From Verrucomicrobiales bacterium (GTDB lineage: Bacteria > Verrucomicrobiota > Verrucomicrobiia > Verrucomicrobiales > SLCJ01), in assembly GCA_046075565.1 (NCBI GenBank), contig JBJTQJ010000108.1, positions 77,305-141,304 of the forward strand: a stretch of DNA of 64,000 bases. The letters run 5' to 3'. Within the stretch, counting starts at the first letter, position 1; each line of letters starts with the position of its first letter. Positions 41,011 to 51,809 of the stretch are shown here, piece after piece. The notes below the pieces were generated by a model, which had not been told where the DNA came from, made no database searches, and saw only the letters and a program-made list of their open reading frames with translations. The translations under genes and the position numbers were made by a program.

Positions 41011-42336
41011 ATGTCCTGGCATCGGAAATCCCACTGGCAAATCCTGGTCGCGCTCGTGCTGGCGGTCGGGACGGGGCTGTTCTTGAAGAGCCTGCCGCCG
41101 GATTCGGGTTTCGCGGAGGTTTTGCTCTCCATTTGCCGAGTGATCGGTGAGCTATTCATGCGGGCCCTGCGCATGATCATCGTGCCGATCGTGCTGGTTT
41201 CGATCATTTGCGGCATCGGCGGCATGGGGGCGACGAAGGGATTCGGGCGGATGGGCGCGAAGACAATGGGCTTTTACGCCATCACCACGCTGGTGGCGGC
41301 CACGCTCGGGCTGCTGTTGGTGAACCTCATCCAACCGGGGCTCACCGACGGCCAACCGAATCCGGTGGTCAAACAAGCCATCGAGGCGGAGGCGGGCAAA
41401 CTCGCGGGCAACGAAAAGGCCGCAGCCATCGCAGCAAAGGTCGGGGAACAGCAAGAAGGCATGGGCGCGACCCTGCGCGACCTGCTCCTGCGTATGGTCC
41501 CCAACAACGTCATCGAGTCCGCCGCCACCACGGACTTGCTCGGACTCATCTTCTTCGCTCTCCTCTTCGGCATCGCCATGGCCACGCTCGAAGGTCCTCA
41601 TATCGAGGCGACCCGTTCAGTTATGCAAGGCCTGAATGATATCATCCTGAAAATCACCGGCTGGATCATGGCCTGCGCCCCGGTCGGGGTTTTTGGTCTG
41701 GTGGCTCCGGTGGTGGCGGCAACGGGTGGCGGAATTTTCAAAGCCCTGGCGTGGTATTTCGTGACCGTCGCCGCCGGCCTGTTGCTGCATCTTTTCGTGA
41801 TCATGCCACTTTTCCTCTTGGCCGGCAGGGTCAATCCAAGGCGGCACTTCGCGGCCATGCGCGACTGCCTGTTGACCGCATTTTCCACGGCCTCGTCGAA
41901 TGCCACCTTGCCGGTGACCATGCGCTGTGTGACGGATGAAGCCGGAGTCTCGCCGCGCGTCGCGGGTTTCACCCTGCCGGTGGGCGCGACGGTGAACATG
42001 AATGGGACCGCGCTTTATGAATGTGTCGCGGTGATCTTCGTCGCCCAGGTGCTTGGGGTTGATCTGTCCATGGGCACACAGATCACAGTGGTTCTTCTGG
42101 CCCTGCTCACTTCAGTCGGGGTGGCGGGAGTGCCGTCGGCCTCCCTCGTGGCCATTGTGCTGATTCTCCAGACCGTGAAAATCGAAGGCGCGGGAGCGGC
42201 CATTGCCGTTCTCTTCTCGGTGGACCGGCTGCTCGATATGGGCCGGACGGCGGTCAATGTCTTCGGCGACACCTGCGGCGCGGTGGTGGTTGCCCGTTCG
42301 GAAGGAGAACGGCTTTTTCCGGAAGAAGACGGGTGA
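41011..42336 (+). CDS. Dicarboxylate/amino acid:cation symporter (DAACS)
   Basis: [52 protein letters not shown]. Confidence 0.93.
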   Translation: MSWHRKSHWQILVALVLAVGTGLFLKSLPPDSGFAEVLLSICRVIGELFMRALRMIIVPIVLVSIICGIGGMGATKGFGRMGAKTMGFYAITTLVAATLGLLLVNLIQPGLTDGQPNPVVKQAIEAEAGKLAGNEKAAAIAAKVGEQQEGMGATLRDLLLRMVPNNVIESAATTDLLGLIFFALLFGIAMATLEGPHIEATRSVMQGLNDIILKITGWIMACAPVGVFGLVAPVVAATGGGIFKALAWYFVTVAAGLLLHLFVIMPLFLLAGRVNPRRHFAAMRDCLLTAFSTASSNATLPVTMRCVTDEAGVSPRVAGFTLPVGATVNMNGTALYECVAVIFVAQVLGVDLSMGTQITVVLLALLTSVGVAGVPSASLVAIVLILQTVKIEGAGAAIAVLFSVDRLLDMGRTAVNVFGDTCGAVVVARSEGERLFPEEDG

Positions 42337-42339
42337 ACT

Positions 42340-42795
42340 TTAACGGCTCAGGTCTTCCTGAAAGAGGATCTTGAATCCGGCGGCGACTAGGGCCGACATT
42401 CCGAAGGCGGTGTCTTCGACGCGGAAAGCAAGGGCGGGACGGCCACCAGGATGGGTAAGCAGCGGGTAGGCGAAAAGCAGGTTGGTTTCCGCCTCCAGCA
42501 GGCTCTGCAGGCAACGCCCGAGCCCGGCCGGACCATCGGCCAGTTCGACCACGATGAGGGCACAAGCGCTGAAGGGAATTCCCCGCTCGAAAAAAACTTG
42601 TTCGACCACGTCCGGGTCGGTCACCACCAGACGCACAATGGTCACGTCGGTGGTTTCGAGCACGCTCAGGCCAAGGACGGAGACGTGGGAGGCATTGAGA
42701 AGCATGACAAGCCGCATCAAGGCCCCGACCTTGTTTTCAAGGAAAACGGAAAATTGTCGGACCGGCTGACCCGGGGGAATGATTTCGGCTGCCAT
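42340..42795 (-). CDS. Tandem ACT-domain protein
   Basis: [13 protein letters not shown]...VRLVVTDP and [10 protein letters not shown]...NLLFAY. Confidence 0.85.
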   Translation of the reverse strand: MAAEIIPPGQPVRQFSVFLENKVGALMRLVMLLNASHVSVLGLSVLETTDVTIVRLVVTDPDVVEQVFFERGIPFSACALIVVELADGPAGLGRCLQSLLEAETNLLFAYPLLTHPGGRPALAFRVEDTAFGMSALVAAGFKILFQEDLSR

Positions 42796-43063
42796 GCGAG
42801 GAGCCCAATCTACCAAATTTTCGCCCCCTTTGCCAAGGATTCTCTGAAAATAGGAAAGCCCGGGACATCCGGGGTAGCCCCGACGCCGCCGGGGACATGA
42901 CAGGAACGCCTTCGCGTTCCGATGGAAGTGGAGGTCGCAGCTAGGACAGCGGGCCGACTTCCCCACCCCTGCGCCGGAAGAGGTACCGCTGCGGATAATG
43001 CATCGGAAAATTCGCGTATTTCGTCCGTGACAGTGGCAGCGGGCATCTCTAGGTTGCGGGCAT

Positions 43064-44362
43064 ATGATACCGAGTGGGGAACTTGAACTGACCAAAGCCA
43101 TCAACCGGGCCCTTGCCATCGTCATGGGGGGCGGAGCGGGAACCCGGCTCTATCCTCTGACGAAGGATCGCTCGAAACCTGCGGTGCCGCTGGGTGGAAA
43201 GTATCGTCTGGTGGATATTCCGATTTCCAATTGCCTCAACTCATCGTTGCAGCGCGTTTATGTGCTCACCCAGTTCAACAGCACCTCGCTGCATCGGCAT
43301 ATCAACCGGACTTACAAGTTTGATCAGTTCACCGATTCTTTCGTGGAGATTCTGGCGGCCCAGCAAACACCCATGGGCGCCAAGTGGTATCAAGGCACCG
43401 CGGACGCCGTGCGCCAGAACATGCGTTATTTCCTCGAAGGAAACGACAAATACTTCATCATTCTGAGCGGCGACCAACTCTACCGGATGGACTACCGCGA
43501 ACTTCTCCGCGACCACATCGTATCGAAAGCGGACCTGACCATCGCCACGATTCCGGTAAAACGCGCGGAAGCCACCGGTTTCGGCATCATGGAAACGGCC
43601 GATGACGGCAAAATCACACGCTTCGTGGAGAAACCGAAGGAGGCGGAAGTTCTCGAGAGCCTGCGCATGAGCCCCGCGCGACTGGAGGAATGCGGACTGG
43701 ACACCGGAGGTGAGCATTTCCTCGCCAGCATGGGGATTTATGTCTTCAACCGCAAGGCGCTCGAGGAATGCCTCGACAACGATTTTGTGGACTTTGGAAA
43801 ACACATCATCCCGCAGGCCATCAGCCAATACAAGGTCCAGAGCCATATCTTCCAGGGGTATTGGGAAGACATCGGAACCATCCGCTCATTCTTCGATGCC
43901 AACCTCGCCCTGACGAATATCGTGCCGAGTTACGATTTCTTCAATCCCGATGCCCCCATCTACACGCACGCCCGTTTCCTGCCGGCATCCAAAATCAATC
44001 ATGCCCAGGTGGATCGTTCGGTCATCTCGGACGGCTGCATCATCACGAATGCGAGCATCGAGCATTGCCTGATCGGCGTGCGTTCTGTGATCGACGGAGG
44101 CACCGTCATGCGTGACTGTATCGTCATGGGGGCGGACTCTTTCGAGCGGGACAATCCCCCGGCGGGCATTCCCCGCATGGGCATCGGCCGCGACTGCCGT
44201 ATCGAACGTGCCATCATTGACAAAAACGCCCGCATAGGAGACCGCGTTCACATTTCTCCGGAGGGAAAACCGGAAGACTTCGATGGTCCCAATTACTGCA
44301 TCCGCGACGGCATCGTGGTCATTCCCAAGAATGCCATCATTCCTTCCGACACCTCGATTTGA
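43064..44362 (+). CDS. glgC: Glucose-1-phosphate adenylyltransferase
   Basis: GGGAGTRLYPLT..RSKPAVP, WYQGTADAV, SGDQLY, FVEKP, SMGIY, DFGK, YWEDIGT. Confidence 0.97.
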   Translation: MIPSGELELTKAINRALAIVMGGGAGTRLYPLTKDRSKPAVPLGGKYRLVDIPISNCLNSSLQRVYVLTQFNSTSLHRHINRTYKFDQFTDSFVEILAAQQTPMGAKWYQGTADAVRQNMRYFLEGNDKYFIILSGDQLYRMDYRELLRDHIVSKADLTIATIPVKRAEATGFGIMETADDGKITRFVEKPKEAEVLESLRMSPARLEECGLDTGGEHFLASMGIYVFNRKALEECLDNDFVDFGKHIIPQAISQYKVQSHIFQGYWEDIGTIRSFFDANLALTNIVPSYDFFNPDAPIYTHARFLPASKINHAQVDRSVISDGCIITNASIEHCLIGVRSVIDGGTVMRDCIVMGADSFERDNPPAGIPRMGIGRDCRIERAIIDKNARIGDRVHISPEGKPEDFDGPNYCIRDGIVVIPKNAIIPSDTSI

Positions 44363-44551
44363 GGATATCGCAGGCCGCAAACGCCGCCCAGTGCCGGCTT
44401 GGGGCACTGAAAAACGAAAATCCGGAGGGTCGGGATCCGCGTCCGTGGCTTGCCCTTCATAGCCCGTCGGGCGACTTAGGGTCACGACCGTGAATCTGCT
44501 GGGAGAGACGCGGTCGATCACTGTGCATGGCGCGTCATTCGCGCGAGCAAC

Positions 44552-44581
44552 GGACACGACCCTACGGGATCGTGTCCCTCC
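44552..44581. repeat. Palindrome (REP-like, GGAG-tailed on minus strand) between convergent glgC and ribF
   Basis: GGACACGA-CCCTACGGGA-TCGTGTCC-CTCC. Confidence 0.5.
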
Positions 44582-44618
44582 GGATGGTTGATGAGAAGCG
44601 GGGGCCTTTATCCCACCT

Positions 44619-45545
44619 TCAAGAACCGAGGATGGCTTTTGCTGCAGCGACATCCGCCGCGATGGCTGCTTTTAATCCCTCCAATCCAGAAAACCTTTGT
44701 TCCAGGCGGATGAACGCCTCGAAGAAAACCTCGATCTCTGCACCGTAGATCGATTCATCGAAATTGAAGAGGTGGACCTCGAGCGAGAATTCACTGTCAT
44801 TCCCGATCGTGGGACGATGACCGAGGTTGGCCACACCGGAAAAAGTCCTTCCATCAAGATCGGCGCGCACGGCATAAACGCCGCCGGGAGGAAGTTGCTC
44901 GTTATCCACCAGCACATTGGCGGTGGGGAAACCGAGGGTCCGGCCCAGTTGTTTTCCCTCGACCACCGAGCCGAGCACGGAGAAGGAGCGGCCCAATAAA
45001 CGGGCGCACATCTCAAGATTCCCTTCGCTGAGAAGCCGGCGCACCAGCGTGCTGCTCACCCGTTCGCCGTCGAGCAGGACAGGCGGAACGGCGACCGTGC
45101 GGAATCCCCGGGCCAAGCCCTCGCTGGCCAGTGTTTCGGCATTCCCCGATCGGGCGCGCCCGAAACAGAAGTCCTCGCCCGTCACGATACCGGCGAGTTT
45201 CCCCGGAGACGACGCGAGCAAATCGATGAACCCGGAAGCAGGTTTGGCAGCGAGTTCGCGCGTGAAGGGAATGACGAGCAGATGATCAAATCCCAAACGC
45301 GCGAGCAAACGCTTCTGGTGGGGCAAAGAAGTCAGAAGCAACGGAGCGGTCTCCGGGGTGAGAAGGCGGCGCGGATGCGGATGAAACGTCGAGGCCACGG
45401 CGGTGGCTCCGATCTCGAGGGCGAGAGCACGGGCGGTGTCCAATACGGCTTGATGGCCGATATGCAGCCCATCGAAGACACCCAGTGCGAGCACGATGGG
45501 CCCGGGGATTTCCGCAAGGTCATCGATGGAGATGCAAACGCGCAT
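44619..45545 (-). CDS. ribF: Bifunctional riboflavin kinase/FAD synthetase
   Basis: GVFDGLHIGHQ, TFHPHP, SSTLVR, GRTLGFPTAN, EVHL. Confidence 0.96.
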   Translation of the reverse strand: MRVCISIDDLAEIPGPIVLALGVFDGLHIGHQAVLDTARALALEIGATAVASTFHPHPRRLLTPETAPLLLTSLPHQKRLLARLGFDHLLVIPFTRELAAKPASGFIDLLASSPGKLAGIVTGEDFCFGRARSGNAETLASEGLARGFRTVAVPPVLLDGERVSSTLVRRLLSEGNLEMCARLLGRSFSVLGSVVEGKQLGRTLGFPTANVLVDNEQLPPGGVYAVRADLDGRTFSGVANLGHRPTIGNDSEFSLEVHLFNFDESIYGAEIEVFFEAFIRLEQRFSGLEGLKAAIAADVAAAKAILGS

Positions 45546-45558
45546 GGCAATGGGCGGC

Positions 45559-46293
45559 TCAGGCCCCGCGGAGGCGGGAGACATCGGCCAGGCTCATCAC
45601 CCGTCCCATCAGTTCCTCCCGGGGCATGGTCTTCATGTCCATGGCGGGCACGGCCCCATCGACGACAAATTTACCGGAGCGCATGCGGCGCAAGGCGGAG
45701 AGGTGGCCACCGCATCCGAGTTTCTCGCCGATGTCGGCGGAATAGGTGCGCACGTAAAAGCCTTTGCTGCAAATCACACCGAACTCGACATGCGGCCAGG
45801 TGATTTTCCCTATGGCATAAGCGAAGACATGCACCAGACGCGGCTGGCGCTCCACCTCCTGGCCTTTGCGCGCGAGTTTGTAGAGGGGAACACCATCCTT
45901 CTTGATGGCGGAAACCATCGGGGGGGTTTGCATGAAATCCCCTTTGTAGGCTTCGAAAGCGGCCTTGAGGTCGTCGGCGGAATACTCCGGCACGGGACGG
46001 CGCTCCACCACCTCGCCCATCCGGTCCTGGGTCGTGGTCGTGTAACCCAAGGTGAGCATGCCGCGATATTCCTTTTCCTCCGACATGAGGAGGTCTTGGA
46101 TTTTCGTGCCCCGACCGATCACGAGGATGAGCAAGCCGGTAGCCATGGGATCGAGTGTCCCACAATGACCGATGCGGCGGGTGCCCAAAGCGCGGCGCGC
46201 GATGGCCACCACATCGTGGGAAGTCATGTCGGGGGCCTTGTCGACGAGCAGGACGCCGTCGATTTCGTTGTCAGGTTTGCGGAAGTGCCTCAT
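45559..46293 (-). CDS. truB: tRNA pseudouridine(55) synthase
   Basis: LVDKAPDMTSHD, GHCGTLDPMATG, PPMVSAIK, CSKGFYVR. Confidence 0.96.
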   Translation of the reverse strand: MRHFRKPDNEIDGVLLVDKAPDMTSHDVVAIARRALGTRRIGHCGTLDPMATGLLILVIGRGTKIQDLLMSEEKEYRGMLTLGYTTTTQDRMGEVVERRPVPEYSADDLKAAFEAYKGDFMQTPPMVSAIKKDGVPLYKLARKGQEVERQPRLVHVFAYAIGKITWPHVEFGVICSKGFYVRTYSADIGEKLGCGGHLSALRRMRSGKFVVDGAVPAMDMKTMPREELMGRVMSLADVSRLRGA

Positions 46294-47260
46294 GGATCGC
46301 TTGAAGGAATCGTTGGCGTGCTTGGTGGAGTGGCCCGGCCATGCGGGCGCCGGCGGCGAGAGGATGGCCTCCGCCTCCGAAGATCTGGCAGATTTTGCAG
46401 ACATCGATGGTGGAATCCTTGGAACGGCTGCTCACCCGGACTTTTCCATCGGGAAGCTCCTCGAAGAAAACCGCCACCTGAACGCTGTCGATGGAGCGGA
46501 TGACATCGATCAAGTCCTCGCTGTCTTCGGGTTTGAGCCCGAGTTCATTCTTGGTGGCATTGTCGAGTTGCCAATCGGCGACGCGATCCCCGGCTGTCAA
46601 TTCGAGGGTATGGAAAAGTCGTTGCAAAAGTTTGACCTTACGTAGCGGACGACGGTGGTAGGTTAGGGCGGAAAGTTCGCCTACATTCAAGCCGGCGGCC
46701 ACCATCTCGGCGGCGATGGCAAACGTGCGAGCGGTCGTGGACGGATATTGAAAGGATCCGGTGTCGGTGGAGATCGCGACAAAAAGATTCCGGCGGATGG
46801 CGTCATCCATCGGCATACCATTCCCGGCGATCAACTCGTGGATGATCTGTCCGGTGGCCGGCGATTTCGGATCGATATAGACATGGTCACCGTAGCCTGG
46901 ATTGCTCACATGGTGGTCGATGTTGACCCAGATGCGTGGAGAATCGCCGAGACTGGCAAGCGTGGCGCTGCCGAGGCGTTCGCGATTTGCCGTGTCAACG
47001 GCAATGACGACCTCCGCCTCGACGGGCGAGCCATCCGGTTTGCGCACGGTGGTCGCACCGGGCAGGAAGTCGAGATTCTCCGGGTAACCGTCTTCGTTGA
47101 TCATCTCCACCTTCTTGCCCATGGCGCGCAAGGACAATCCAAGGCCTACCTGTGATCCGATGGCATCCCCATCGGGACGCACATGACTCAAAATCACGAA
47201 ACTAGAATGGGAGCGAATCAGGTCCGCAATTTCGGCGAGGGAAGACATGGGAGAAATCAT
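46271..47260 (-). CDS. nrnA: DHH-family phosphoesterase (NrnA-like)
   Basis: HVRPDGDAIGS, IDHH, TDTGSF, GGGGHPLAAG. Confidence 0.9.
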   Translation of the reverse strand: MISPMSSLAEIADLIRSHSSFVILSHVRPDGDAIGSQVGLGLSLRAMGKKVEMINEDGYPENLDFLPGATTVRKPDGSPVEAEVVIAVDTANRERLGSATLASLGDSPRIWVNIDHHVSNPGYGDHVYIDPKSPATGQIIHELIAGNGMPMDDAIRRNLFVAISTDTGSFQYPSTTARTFAIAAEMVAAGLNVGELSALTYHRRPLRKVKLLQRLFHTLELTAGDRVADWQLDNATKNELGLKPEDSEDLIDVIRSIDSVQVAVFFEELPDGKVRVSSRSKDSTIDVCKICQIFGGGGHPLAAGARMAGPLHQARQRFLQAIHEALPQT

Positions 47261-47649
47261 TCGGTTTCGCCAGCGGACTTACCATCTGGCGCGTCGGACG
47301 GGGAGCCGTCCGCCGGGGGAGGAAGATTGTCGATGGCCTGAAGCACACGCACGCCGCGTTCGATCGAATGGTCGAGGCGGAAGTGCAGGTGCGGTGTATT
47401 CTTGAGAACCACGCGTTTGGAAAGCTTCGATTGGAAAGACGCCCGGTGTTTTTCGAGTTGTTCCTGCACCCAGCGCTCGTCGCGTGCCTTGCCAATGACC
47501 CCGTAATGCACGGTGCAATGGCGGAAGTCGGGTGTGATTTCCACATCATGGATGGAAACGAGCACTCCGCCGAACTCGATTTCGCGTTGCAGCATCGTGC
47601 CCAACTCACGTTGGATCAATTCCCTTACCCGGAGGATTCGCTGGCTCAT
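47257..47649 (-). CDS. rbfA: Ribosome-binding factor A
   Basis: RILRVRELIQREL, VEITPD, TPHLHFRLD.SIERG; lies downstream of infB. Confidence 0.92.
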   Translation of the reverse strand: MSQRILRVRELIQRELGTMLQREIEFGGVLVSIHDVEITPDFRHCTVHYGVIGKARDERWVQEQLEKHRASFQSKLSKRVVLKNTPHLHFRLDHSIERGVRVLQAIDNLPPPADGSPSDAPDGKSAGETE

Positions 47650-47680
47650 GGTGCTTTCGTGATAGCGGCGCTGCGCGCGG

Positions 47681-49954
47681 TCAGAGGCTCTGGGCGATCT
47701 TCTCGAGCTGGTAACATTCGATGATGTCGTTGGTCTCGTAGTCGTTGTAATCACCGAGGCGGATACCACATTCGGTGCCGGCCTTGACCTCATCCACGTC
47801 GTCCTGGAAGCGGCGCAGCGTGCCAATCGGACCATCGAAAACAACCTGTCCGTCACGCAGTACGCGGGCGCGGGCTTTGCGTTCGATCCGACCTTCCTGC
47901 ACGTAACACCCGGCAGCTTTGCCTCGTTTGGCTTTGAACACCTGGAGCACTTTGGCTTGACCTAGGTGCGACTCGCGGGTTTCCGGATCGAGCATGCCGA
48001 GCATGGCCTCTTCGATCTGGTCGATGAGTTCGTAAACAATGGAGTAGAGTTTCACCTGCACGCCTTCGCGTTTGGCGACTTTCACGGCGTTGCTCTCGAG
48101 CTTCACATTGAAGCCAAGCAGGATGGCATCGGAGGCGCTGCCGAGCAGCACATCACTTTCGGAAATCGGACCGGCGGCGGAGTGGATGATCTCAAGCTTC
48201 ACTTTTTCGCTCTGGATATCACCGAGGGCTCCGGCGATCGCTTCCACCGAGCCCTGAACGTCCCCTTTCAGGATGACCTTGAGGGTTTTCACCTTGTTGC
48301 CGGCCTCCATGTTCGCGAAGAGATTCTCCAGGCGAGCTCGCTGGGGTGCCTGGAGTTTGTCCTGGCGAAGTTCCTCCTGCCGTTCGTCGCTGAGACGTTT
48401 GGCATCCTTCTCCGACTTCATCTCCACGACTTCGTCGCCGACATTGGGGAGTCCGCTGAAACCGACGATCTCGACCGGAGTGCCCGGGCCGGCGGATTTC
48501 ACCGATTGGCCGCGGTCATTGACCAGCGTTCTGACTTTTCCGCTGAATGGCCCGCAGATGAAAGGCATGCCGACCTTGAGTGTGCCGCTTTGCACAATCA
48601 CGGTGGCCGTCGAGCCGCGTCCGATTTCCAGACGCGCTTCGATGACGGCGGCCCGCGCGGTGGCCTTCGGGTTCGCCTTCAACTCCATCACTTCGGCCTG
48701 CAGGACCATCATGTCGAGGAGTTCATTGATGCCTTGTTTCGTGTAAGCGGAAACCGGAATGGCAATGGTATTTCCCCCCCATGCCTCGGGCGAGAGGTCA
48801 CGCTCCTGCAACTGGCTGTAAACCCGGTCGATGTTGGCGGCAGGCAGATCGCATTTATTGATGGCGACCATGATGGTAACTCCCGCCGCGCGCGCGTGGT
48901 TCAGCGCCTCGTCGGTTTGGGGCATGAATCCATCGTCGGCGGCCACCACCAGAACAACGATGTCGGTGGCCTGGGCTCCCCGAGCGCGCATCTGGGTGAA
49001 AATGGCGTGGCCGGGGGTATCAAGGAAAGTGATGGGCGTCCCGTTGTGTTCCACAAGGTAGGCGCCGATGTGCTGGGTGATGCCGCCGGCTTCACCGGCA
49101 GCTACGCGGGCCTGGCGGATGGCGTCGAGCAAGGAGGTCTTGCCGTGATCGACGTGGCCCATGAAAGTGATGATCGGGGCGCGGGGCTTCAGTTGCTCCT
49201 CAGGTTCCTCGATAACGGGAGGCGGTTCGACGACTGGTTGGGTCGGGGCGTGGAAACCGCCGCCTTTTTCCCGGCGCTCGCGTTCCACGATGAACCCGTG
49301 CATCTCTCCGATTTTCGCGGCCACATCGGTGTCCACCACGGTCGCGGCATTGGCGAAAACCTCCATGTCCATCAGGTGCTTGATCACCTGGAATGGCCGC
49401 AAATCGAGCCGCTCCGCCAACTCCTTGACCGTCAGAGGTTGTTTGAAACTGACGAGTTTTTTAGCATCCGGATCGCCTTCAACCGGGGCATCGGCGGGCG
49501 CACCCGACGAACCACCAGCCTGCCCCGGCTCGGAGGATTCGGCGGCGGGCGAACCTGGCGCATCATGCGCTTCCTCGGCCTTGTGTTTTGCCGCCTTCGC
49601 GAAATTTTTCACCAAAGCCTCGACGGAACCTCCGCCGGCCTTCAACGCCTCGGCCAGAGGATCCGCATGATGGGTGTGGACTTCATCTTGGGGGGCGATC
49701 GCGGGCAAGCCCGTGGACGCGGTATCCTTGCGTCGCACGGCTTTCTTCTTCGGCTTATCACCTTCCTCGAAAAGATTCAGGGCATTCTTCTTGGCGTCCT
49801 CGAACGAACTCCTTTTTTTCTCCTCGACCGCCAGCTGCTGTTTCCTCCGCTGGCCGCGGGTTGGTTTGCCGCCATCGTCGAGCAAATCGAGCACCGCCTT
49901 CTTTTCGGTGTCTTCGTCGCCGTCCGGGGCGGATGATTTTTTATTTGGGGGCAT
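47681..49954 (-). CDS. infB: Translation initiation factor IF-2
   Basis: [46 protein letters not shown]. Confidence 0.98.
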   Translation of the reverse strand: MPPNKKSSAPDGDEDTEKKAVLDLLDDGGKPTRGQRRKQQLAVEEKKRSSFEDAKKNALNLFEEGDKPKKKAVRRKDTASTGLPAIAPQDEVHTHHADPLAEALKAGGGSVEALVKNFAKAAKHKAEEAHDAPGSPAAESSEPGQAGGSSGAPADAPVEGDPDAKKLVSFKQPLTVKELAERLDLRPFQVIKHLMDMEVFANAATVVDTDVAAKIGEMHGFIVERERREKGGGFHAPTQPVVEPPPVIEEPEEQLKPRAPIITFMGHVDHGKTSLLDAIRQARVAAGEAGGITQHIGAYLVEHNGTPITFLDTPGHAIFTQMRARGAQATDIVVLVVAADDGFMPQTDEALNHARAAGVTIMVAINKCDLPAANIDRVYSQLQERDLSPEAWGGNTIAIPVSAYTKQGINELLDMMVLQAEVMELKANPKATARAAVIEARLEIGRGSTATVIVQSGTLKVGMPFICGPFSGKVRTLVNDRGQSVKSAGPGTPVEIVGFSGLPNVGDEVVEMKSEKDAKRLSDERQEELRQDKLQAPQRARLENLFANMEAGNKVKTLKVILKGDVQGSVEAIAGALGDIQSEKVKLEIIHSAAGPISESDVLLGSASDAILLGFNVKLESNAVKVAKREGVQVKLYSIVYELIDQIEEAMLGMLDPETRESHLGQAKVLQVFKAKRGKAAGCYVQEGRIERKARARVLRDGQVVFDGPIGTLRRFQDDVDEVKAGTECGIRLGDYNDYETNDIIECYQLEKIAQSL

Positions 49955-50089
49955 GAGTCGGATTCAGGGAACGCGCCCTCGTGTAGGGCTGGGAATGGAA
50001 ACTAAAACGCATAAGCGGCCTCCGCGCCAGCGATAACCGGCGGAATCCGCGGAAGTTTGGGGAATTTCCCCGCCAAAATGCCCACGAAA

Positions 50090-51343
50090 TCAAGCCTCGG
50101 GGGCAGCGGAGCGGGCGAGAATGGCGGCGGCCTCTTCCTGGCCGAGGCCGAGAATGTCCGCGAGATCCTCGGGAAGGCAGGTCGCGAGCACGTCCATCGA
50201 GGTAATTCCGCTCCGTACGAGGGATTCGGCCTGTTCGGGGGTGATACCGAGTTTGCGGGAGAACTCTCCGGCCACATCTCCGATCTTCCCGACGAAGGCT
50301 TGGTGTTTGGTCTCATCCTTCATCACCTGGACATCCCAGCCGATGAGCCTTGAGGTCAGGCGGGCGTTCCGACCACGGAGCCCGATGGCCTTGGAGAGTT
50401 CTTCCTCCTGGACCCGGACTTCAATGCGATGCTCGGCTTCGATGATGGTGATTTTGTCCTCGCCGACCACGGCCGGCTTGAGCGCGTCGATCACGAATTG
50501 CTTGAGGTTGTCGGTCCAGCGGATAATGTCCACCTTCTCGTTATTCAGTTCGCGCACGATGTTCTTCACCCGCGCTCCACGGAGACCGACGCAGGCCCCG
50601 ACGGGGTCCACTTTCGGGTCGGGAGACCACACGGCAAGTTTGGTGCGATAGCCGGCTTCCCGGGCAATCGAGCGGATTTCCACGGTGCGGTCGGCGATCT
50701 CGCTGACTTCGAATTCGAAGAGGCGGCGGACAAAATTCGGATGGGAACGGGAAAGAATGATCTCCGGACCACGCTGGCCGTTTTCCACGGCGACGACATA
50801 AAACCGGAAGCGGTCTCCCACGTGGTAATCCTCGTTGGGGACTTTTTCCTTGGAAAGCATGATGCCCTCGAATTTTCCGAGGTCGATCACGATATCGGAC
50901 TTGTCGAAACGGCGCACGGTGCCGGGCACGATGTCGCCCGCGCGGTCCTTGAACTCCTCGTAAATCATCTCCTTCTCGGCCTGACGGAGCCGCTGCATGA
51001 TCGCCTGCTTGGCCGTCTGGGCGGCGATGCGCCCGAAATTCTGCGGTGTGACCTCGAACTCGATCTCGTCACCGATTTCCGCATCCGCTTTTTTCCGACG
51101 GGCGACTTCGAGGGTCACTTGTTCATACGGTTGGCTGACTTTCTCCACCGCGATGAGGCGCGCAAAAAGCTTGACCTTGCCTTTGTTCAAGGATGCCTGA
51201 TCCACGCGCAACTCCCTGGCCGGACCGACACTTTTGCGGGAAGCCTGGAGCAGGGCACTGGCAATCGCCTCGACCATGACGCTACGGTCGATTCCTTTTT
51301 CTTTTTCGTAATACTCCATCAATGCATCGAGGTCGCTGGTCAT
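50090..51343 (-). CDS. nusA: Transcription termination/antitermination factor NusA
   Basis: FGRIAAQTAKQ, S1 domain, AREAGYRTK, GACVG, AIG..G.N.RL KH motifs. Confidence 0.97.
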   Translation of the reverse strand: MTSDLDALMEYYEKEKGIDRSVMVEAIASALLQASRKSVGPARELRVDQASLNKGKVKLFARLIAVEKVSQPYEQVTLEVARRKKADAEIGDEIEFEVTPQNFGRIAAQTAKQAIMQRLRQAEKEMIYEEFKDRAGDIVPGTVRRFDKSDIVIDLGKFEGIMLSKEKVPNEDYHVGDRFRFYVVAVENGQRGPEIILSRSHPNFVRRLFEFEVSEIADRTVEIRSIAREAGYRTKLAVWSPDPKVDPVGACVGLRGARVKNIVRELNNEKVDIIRWTDNLKQFVIDALKPAVVGEDKITIIEAEHRIEVRVQEEELSKAIGLRGRNARLTSRLIGWDVQVMKDETKHQAFVGKIGDVAGEFSRKLGITPEQAESLVRSGITSMDVLATCLPEDLADILGLGQEEAAAILARSAAPEA

Positions 51344-51390
51344 GGCGGAAAGGTGGGCTATTTTTGGGGTTCCGGTGGATGTGGGAAGTG

Positions 51391-51424
51391 AAAAAAAATG
51401 AGTGGGACGCTAGCCCTCACTCAT
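51391..51424 (-). terminator. Leader terminator upstream of nusA (rimP-leader-like)
   Basis: Minus strand: ATGAGTG-AGGGCTAGCGTCC-CACTCAT followed by T7, about 48 nt upstream of the nusA ATG. Confidence 0.7.
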
Positions 51425-51690
51425 CATGTTGGTTAACGCTGGGAGATGGGTTGGAAACATAACCCAATCGAGAATCCTTTCAACTTCTTTCCGACGCGCC
51501 CGGCCCGGGTGCTACTTTTCGGGTTTTCCGCCCGTAATCGGGGAGCGGAAACCCGCCGCCGCCAGTCTCCCCCACCCGAATTCACGGGCGTCTCCGCGGG
51601 GAGCCGCCATTTTGGCGCAAAAACCTCTTGCTCCACCCTTTATCCCGCCTAAAATTCCCGTCCCTTCGACCGGCAACGGTCCTAACCAAT

Positions 51691-51763
51691 GCGCGGGTAG
51701 CTCAGTTGGTAGAGCAGTTGGCTTTTAACCAATTGGTCCAGGGTTCGAGTCCCTGCCCGCGTA
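51691..51763 (+). tRNA. tRNA-Lys (UUU); CCA not encoded
   Basis: Acceptor GCGCGGG/CCCGCGT, D arm GCTC-AGTTGGTA-GAGC, anticodon loop CTTTTAA, T loop GTTCGAGTC. Confidence 0.95.
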
Positions 51764-51809
51764 CTTCTTTTTGCTTGCCTTGTGCCCCGTCAGCGTGCAA
51801 ATCGCGACC

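Noticed and set aside
47966-49936. Long antisense ORFs (656 aa opposite infB; similarly 2870..4273, 28505..29953, 38840..40075, 58360..59463)
   Set aside because: They mirror well-supported genes. High-GC codon bias depletes stop codons on the antisense strand, and they show no recognisable motifs.
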